Below, piece by piece: positions 56,581 through 58,980 of a stretch of 58,980 nt of DNA. Below the pieces are notes generated by a model. That model made no database searches. It was given only the letters and a program-made list of their open reading frames with translations, and was not told where the DNA came from. The position numbers and the translations under genes are program-made. The number at the start of each line of letters is the position of its first letter. Position 1 is the first letter of the stretch. The DNA lies in contig JAHITR010000063.1 of the NCBI GenBank assembly GCA_018817505.1, forward strand, positions 1 through 58,980, written 5' to 3'. The DNA comes from Candidatus Bipolaricaulota bacterium (GTDB taxonomy: Bacteria; Bipolaricaulota; Bipolaricaulia; UBA7950; UBA9294).

Positions 56581-57168
56581 TTACGCTTCAGTCTCGTGTG
56601 GATCAAATTCCTCTGTTCGTCTTGGTTGAACTGAGGGCATCGGGCGGGGGGCGGGTGCGGGACGCCCGGAGCGTGCTGGGGACGCTGGTCTCGGGGGTCG
56701 AAATCCGTGCCCGGTCACCATGCTATTCATTTGCGTCGCCTGAATCATGGTCAGATCAATGGCTAGATTCTTGTCCATGCCCGCATCGACGAGTGTCCGA
56801 TAGTAGGTGGCGAGAGATGTGGCGATATTGGCCATCGATTCAGGCGTGTAAACTGCATCATTGATTCCCCGCATCAGCACGGGGATTCGCTCGGACATCA
56901 CATCGAGCAGCTCTTTGACGGACTCAGTATCCTCAAGCTCCTCTTCTGTGTCCTCAAGCTCGTCCTCCATATCCTCCAACTGATCCTCAAGTTCGTCCAG
57001 TTTGTCGGCGCGAGCATCGAGTTCATCGCGCAGCTTCTCAAGCTGTGCGCGCTCGTTCTCCAATTTCTCGCGCTCGCGGTCCAATCGAAGGCGATCACGT
57101 TCCATCTCTTGTTGGATCTTTTCCTTGGCTTGTTCCATGGCTTCGTCTCGATTCTTAGAGAACATCAT
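56581..57168 (-). CDS. Acidic coiled-coil protein with Pro/Arg-rich tail, function unknown
   Basis: SD AAAGGAG; heptad E/D/L-rich segment; YYRTLVDAGMD..LAIDLT. Confidence 0.7.
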   Translation of the reverse strand: MMFSKNRDEAMEQAKEKIQQEMERDRLRLDREREKLENERAQLEKLRDELDARADKLDELEDQLEDMEDELEDTEEELEDTESVKELLDVMSERIPVLMRGINDAVYTPESMANIATSLATYYRTLVDAGMDKNLAIDLTMIQATQMNSMVTGHGFRPPRPASPARSGRPAPAPRPMPSVQPRRTEEFDPHETEA

Positions 57169-57539
57169 GCTCCTTTCTTGCGTCTTCCTATGATTTGAAC
57201 CTTGTGGCCTAATACCTTGAGGTTCCCCTGAACAGGCATTCTTTGGTTGTCTGCAGCAATCGCGAAATGGACGCCAATGAGGAACGATCCGACATCGATG
57301 CGTGCTTTCTTGGGTGCATCGAGGGTCGGAGAGAGCACATCCCACACGCGATCGATCGGTACGGGCGTTGCATCGACCGCCAATGCGAACTGGTGGCGCA
57401 GCTGAATGACGTGGGCCAGCTCCTTCTGACATGCTTCGCAGGAATCGATATGGCGAGCGAGCCTCCCCATTTTTGTCGCTTCCAGATGCCCAGACACGTA
57501 CCAGGGCATCCAATCTTGTACGGTTTGGCAAATGCTCAT
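57165..57539 (-). CDS. zf-HC2 (ZAS) anti-sigma factor
   Basis: C...MPWYVSGHL...HIDSCEAC (HxxxCxxC); coupled to ECF sigma. Confidence 0.85.
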   Translation of the reverse strand: MSICQTVQDWMPWYVSGHLEATKMGRLARHIDSCEACQKELAHVIQLRHQFALAVDATPVPIDRVWDVLSPTLDAPKKARIDVGSFLIGVHFAIAADNQRMPVQGNLKVLGHKVQIIGRRKKGA

Positions 57540-58048
57540 GTCAGCTCCTTGGCCATTGCTTGCCTTGCGTGGTGCATTCTCGACTTGACTGTGCCTTCAG
57601 GGATGCCCAGCATGTCTGCGATCTCGCGCATGCTGAGGTTTTCGTAAAACACCAAGTGCATGACCTCTCGATGCATCGGCGAAAGCGTCTCCAACGCCTC
57701 TTGTACGCACAAATCGACGTGAAGATTTCGCGTTGGATCGCGCGTTTCTGCAGATGAATCGGTCTCAGGCAATCGCTGTCCCTTCGCTTCTTTGCGTATC
57801 AGGCTGTGAGCCTGGTTCCTGGCGATGCCGAGGATCCACGTCAGGGCCTTGGATCGTCCCTTGAAATGCCTCGCACCCTTCCAGACTGCCATCATTGTCT
57901 CCTGGAGGACTTCTTCTGCCAGATGGGGTTTCCGAAGAATCGACAGGGCATATCGATAAACCGCATTGGCATACTGGTCGTAGAGAAGGTGAAACGCGCC
58001 TCGATCCTGAGTGGCTACGAGTGCGAGCAATCTTCCTTCACCTGTCAA
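57536..58048 (-). CDS. ECF (sigma-70 family) RNA polymerase sigma factor
   Basis: AEEVLQET, TWILGIARN, REIADMLGIPEGTVKSRMHHAR. Confidence 0.93.
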   Translation of the reverse strand: MTGEGRLLALVATQDRGAFHLLYDQYANAVYRYALSILRKPHLAEEVLQETMMAVWKGARHFKGRSKALTWILGIARNQAHSLIRKEAKGQRLPETDSSAETRDPTRNLHVDLCVQEALETLSPMHREVMHLVFYENLSMREIADMLGIPEGTVKSRMHHARQAMAKELT

Positions 58049-58237
58049 CGATTTCTCCTCATCCCTTGCTTCACTCCGTCAAGCACGGTATGCGATCAGT
58101 TTGCCCTACCATGAATGAGTGGTCCATTGCAGTCGTTTAGGTTCACTCGTCGAGAACCAGGGAAGAAATGGGTATAGCGAGCCTGACCCATGAGGCAAAG
58201 AATCCATCAAGGAAGATGCATTTCTGAAGCTGCGTAG

Positions 58238-58980
58238 CTAGTACCCGGCATGCAGATCGACGCGGTGCGGGACCGATTCTCCACGGGCGATGGCATTGAG
58301 GGTCTGAGCCAAGTCAGCCATGCGCCGCTGTTCAAGTTCCTCAAGCTGGAAAGCGCCGCCTCGGTGCGGGCTCATCACCACGTTGTCGAGCTCGTGAAAT
58401 GGGAAACGTGACGGTGGCGTGTTGGAGCGCGATTCGGGAGCGGGTGGGTAGTTGTACCAGACGTCGATCCCGGCGGCCGCGATCCGCCTCTCTCTGAGAG
58501 CAAGGTACAATGCCCCTTCATCGATGATGCCCCCCCGCGCGATATTGACCAGCACGCACGAGGGTGGCAGCATCTTCAACTCGGCTGCTCCAATCAGACC
58601 CTCTGTCTCGGGCGTCAGGGGCAGCGCAACGATCAGAACATCCGCGAGTGGCAGGAGATCGAAAAGCACCTCAGGGCTATGCGTCTGAACTGGCTTCGTA
58701 TTGGCTTCATCGACACGTCGCCGAATGGCGTGAACGTTCATGCCAAGGGCATGGCACGCACGAGCGATCCGCGATCCAATTGCTCCAAATCCGAGAATGA
58801 CTGCCGTCTTGCCGTCCAGCAACAGGGTAGGCGCCCCGTCGTAGCGGCTGCGCCAATCATGCATTCGAAACGTCTGATCCACCGGGATAAGCGATTTAGC
58901 GGCAGCAAGCAACAGCGCAATTGCCAGTTCCGAAGCCGAAGATGCATTGTGATGAAGGTTGTAGACAGCCAGATCGGTCC
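58238..58980 (-). CDS. D-isomer-specific 2-hydroxyacid dehydrogenase (5' end outside window)
   Basis: GFGAIG, LPLTPET, NIARG, IDVW, SPHRGG. Confidence 0.9.
   Translation of the reverse strand, partial: TDLAVYNLHHNASSASELAIALLLAAAKSLIPVDQTFRMHDWRSRYDGAPTLLLDGKTAVILGFGAIGSRIARACHALGMNVHAIRRRVDEANTKPVQTHSPEVLFDLLPLADVLIVALPLTPETEGLIGAAELKMLPPSCVLVNIARGGIIDEGALYLALRERRIAAAGIDVWYNYPPAPESRSNTPPSRFPFHELDNVVMSPHRGGAFQLEELEQRRMADLAQTLNAIARGESVPHRVDLHAGY

Noticed and set aside
1-58980. tRNA, rRNA, tmRNA, transposase or prophage genes
   Set aside because: No recognisable signatures found by eye; a tRNAscan/Rfam run would be needed to exclude them fully.

Overview
Bacterial chromosomal window of moderately high GC from a probable diderm anaerobe. 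The gene set (Thermococcales-type Mbh, spoVS remnant, PPDK, non-lipoprotein OppA) suggests Candidatus Bipolaricaulota/Acetothermia, which is inference only. Layout: (1) 1-7.5 kb is a co-oriented accessory array of small GNAT/VOC/SRPBCC/DUF1801/M28/Imm5-like genes interleaved with decayed gene fragments, ending in a dense ~250-nt multi-hairpin element; (2) housekeeping genes ppdK, ftsY, argS and a doubly frameshifted spoVS; (3) a strongly promoted secreted repeat protein plus oppABC; (4) gyrA-tyrS; (5) a complete 14-gene mbhA-N membrane-bound [NiFe] hydrogenase/Mrp operon; (6) a cell-surface cluster with a 1589-aa NEW3/beta-barrel/SdrD-B/7xPKD usher-like protein, an ACT protein, an alpha-2-macroglobulin and a small pilin-like secreted protein; (7) gltX, a TlpA/CXXC/ferredoxin redox module, uppP, rsmD, surE, comEA, Qng1 and an ECF sigma/anti-sigma operon. 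The most striking observation is in the leader of the pilin-like gene (44137-44354): two c-di-GMP-I (GEMM) riboswitch aptamers appear NESTED, with a complete second aptamer inside the P3 loop of the first, rather than in tandem. All calls come from motif reading by eye; no database searches or folding programs were run.
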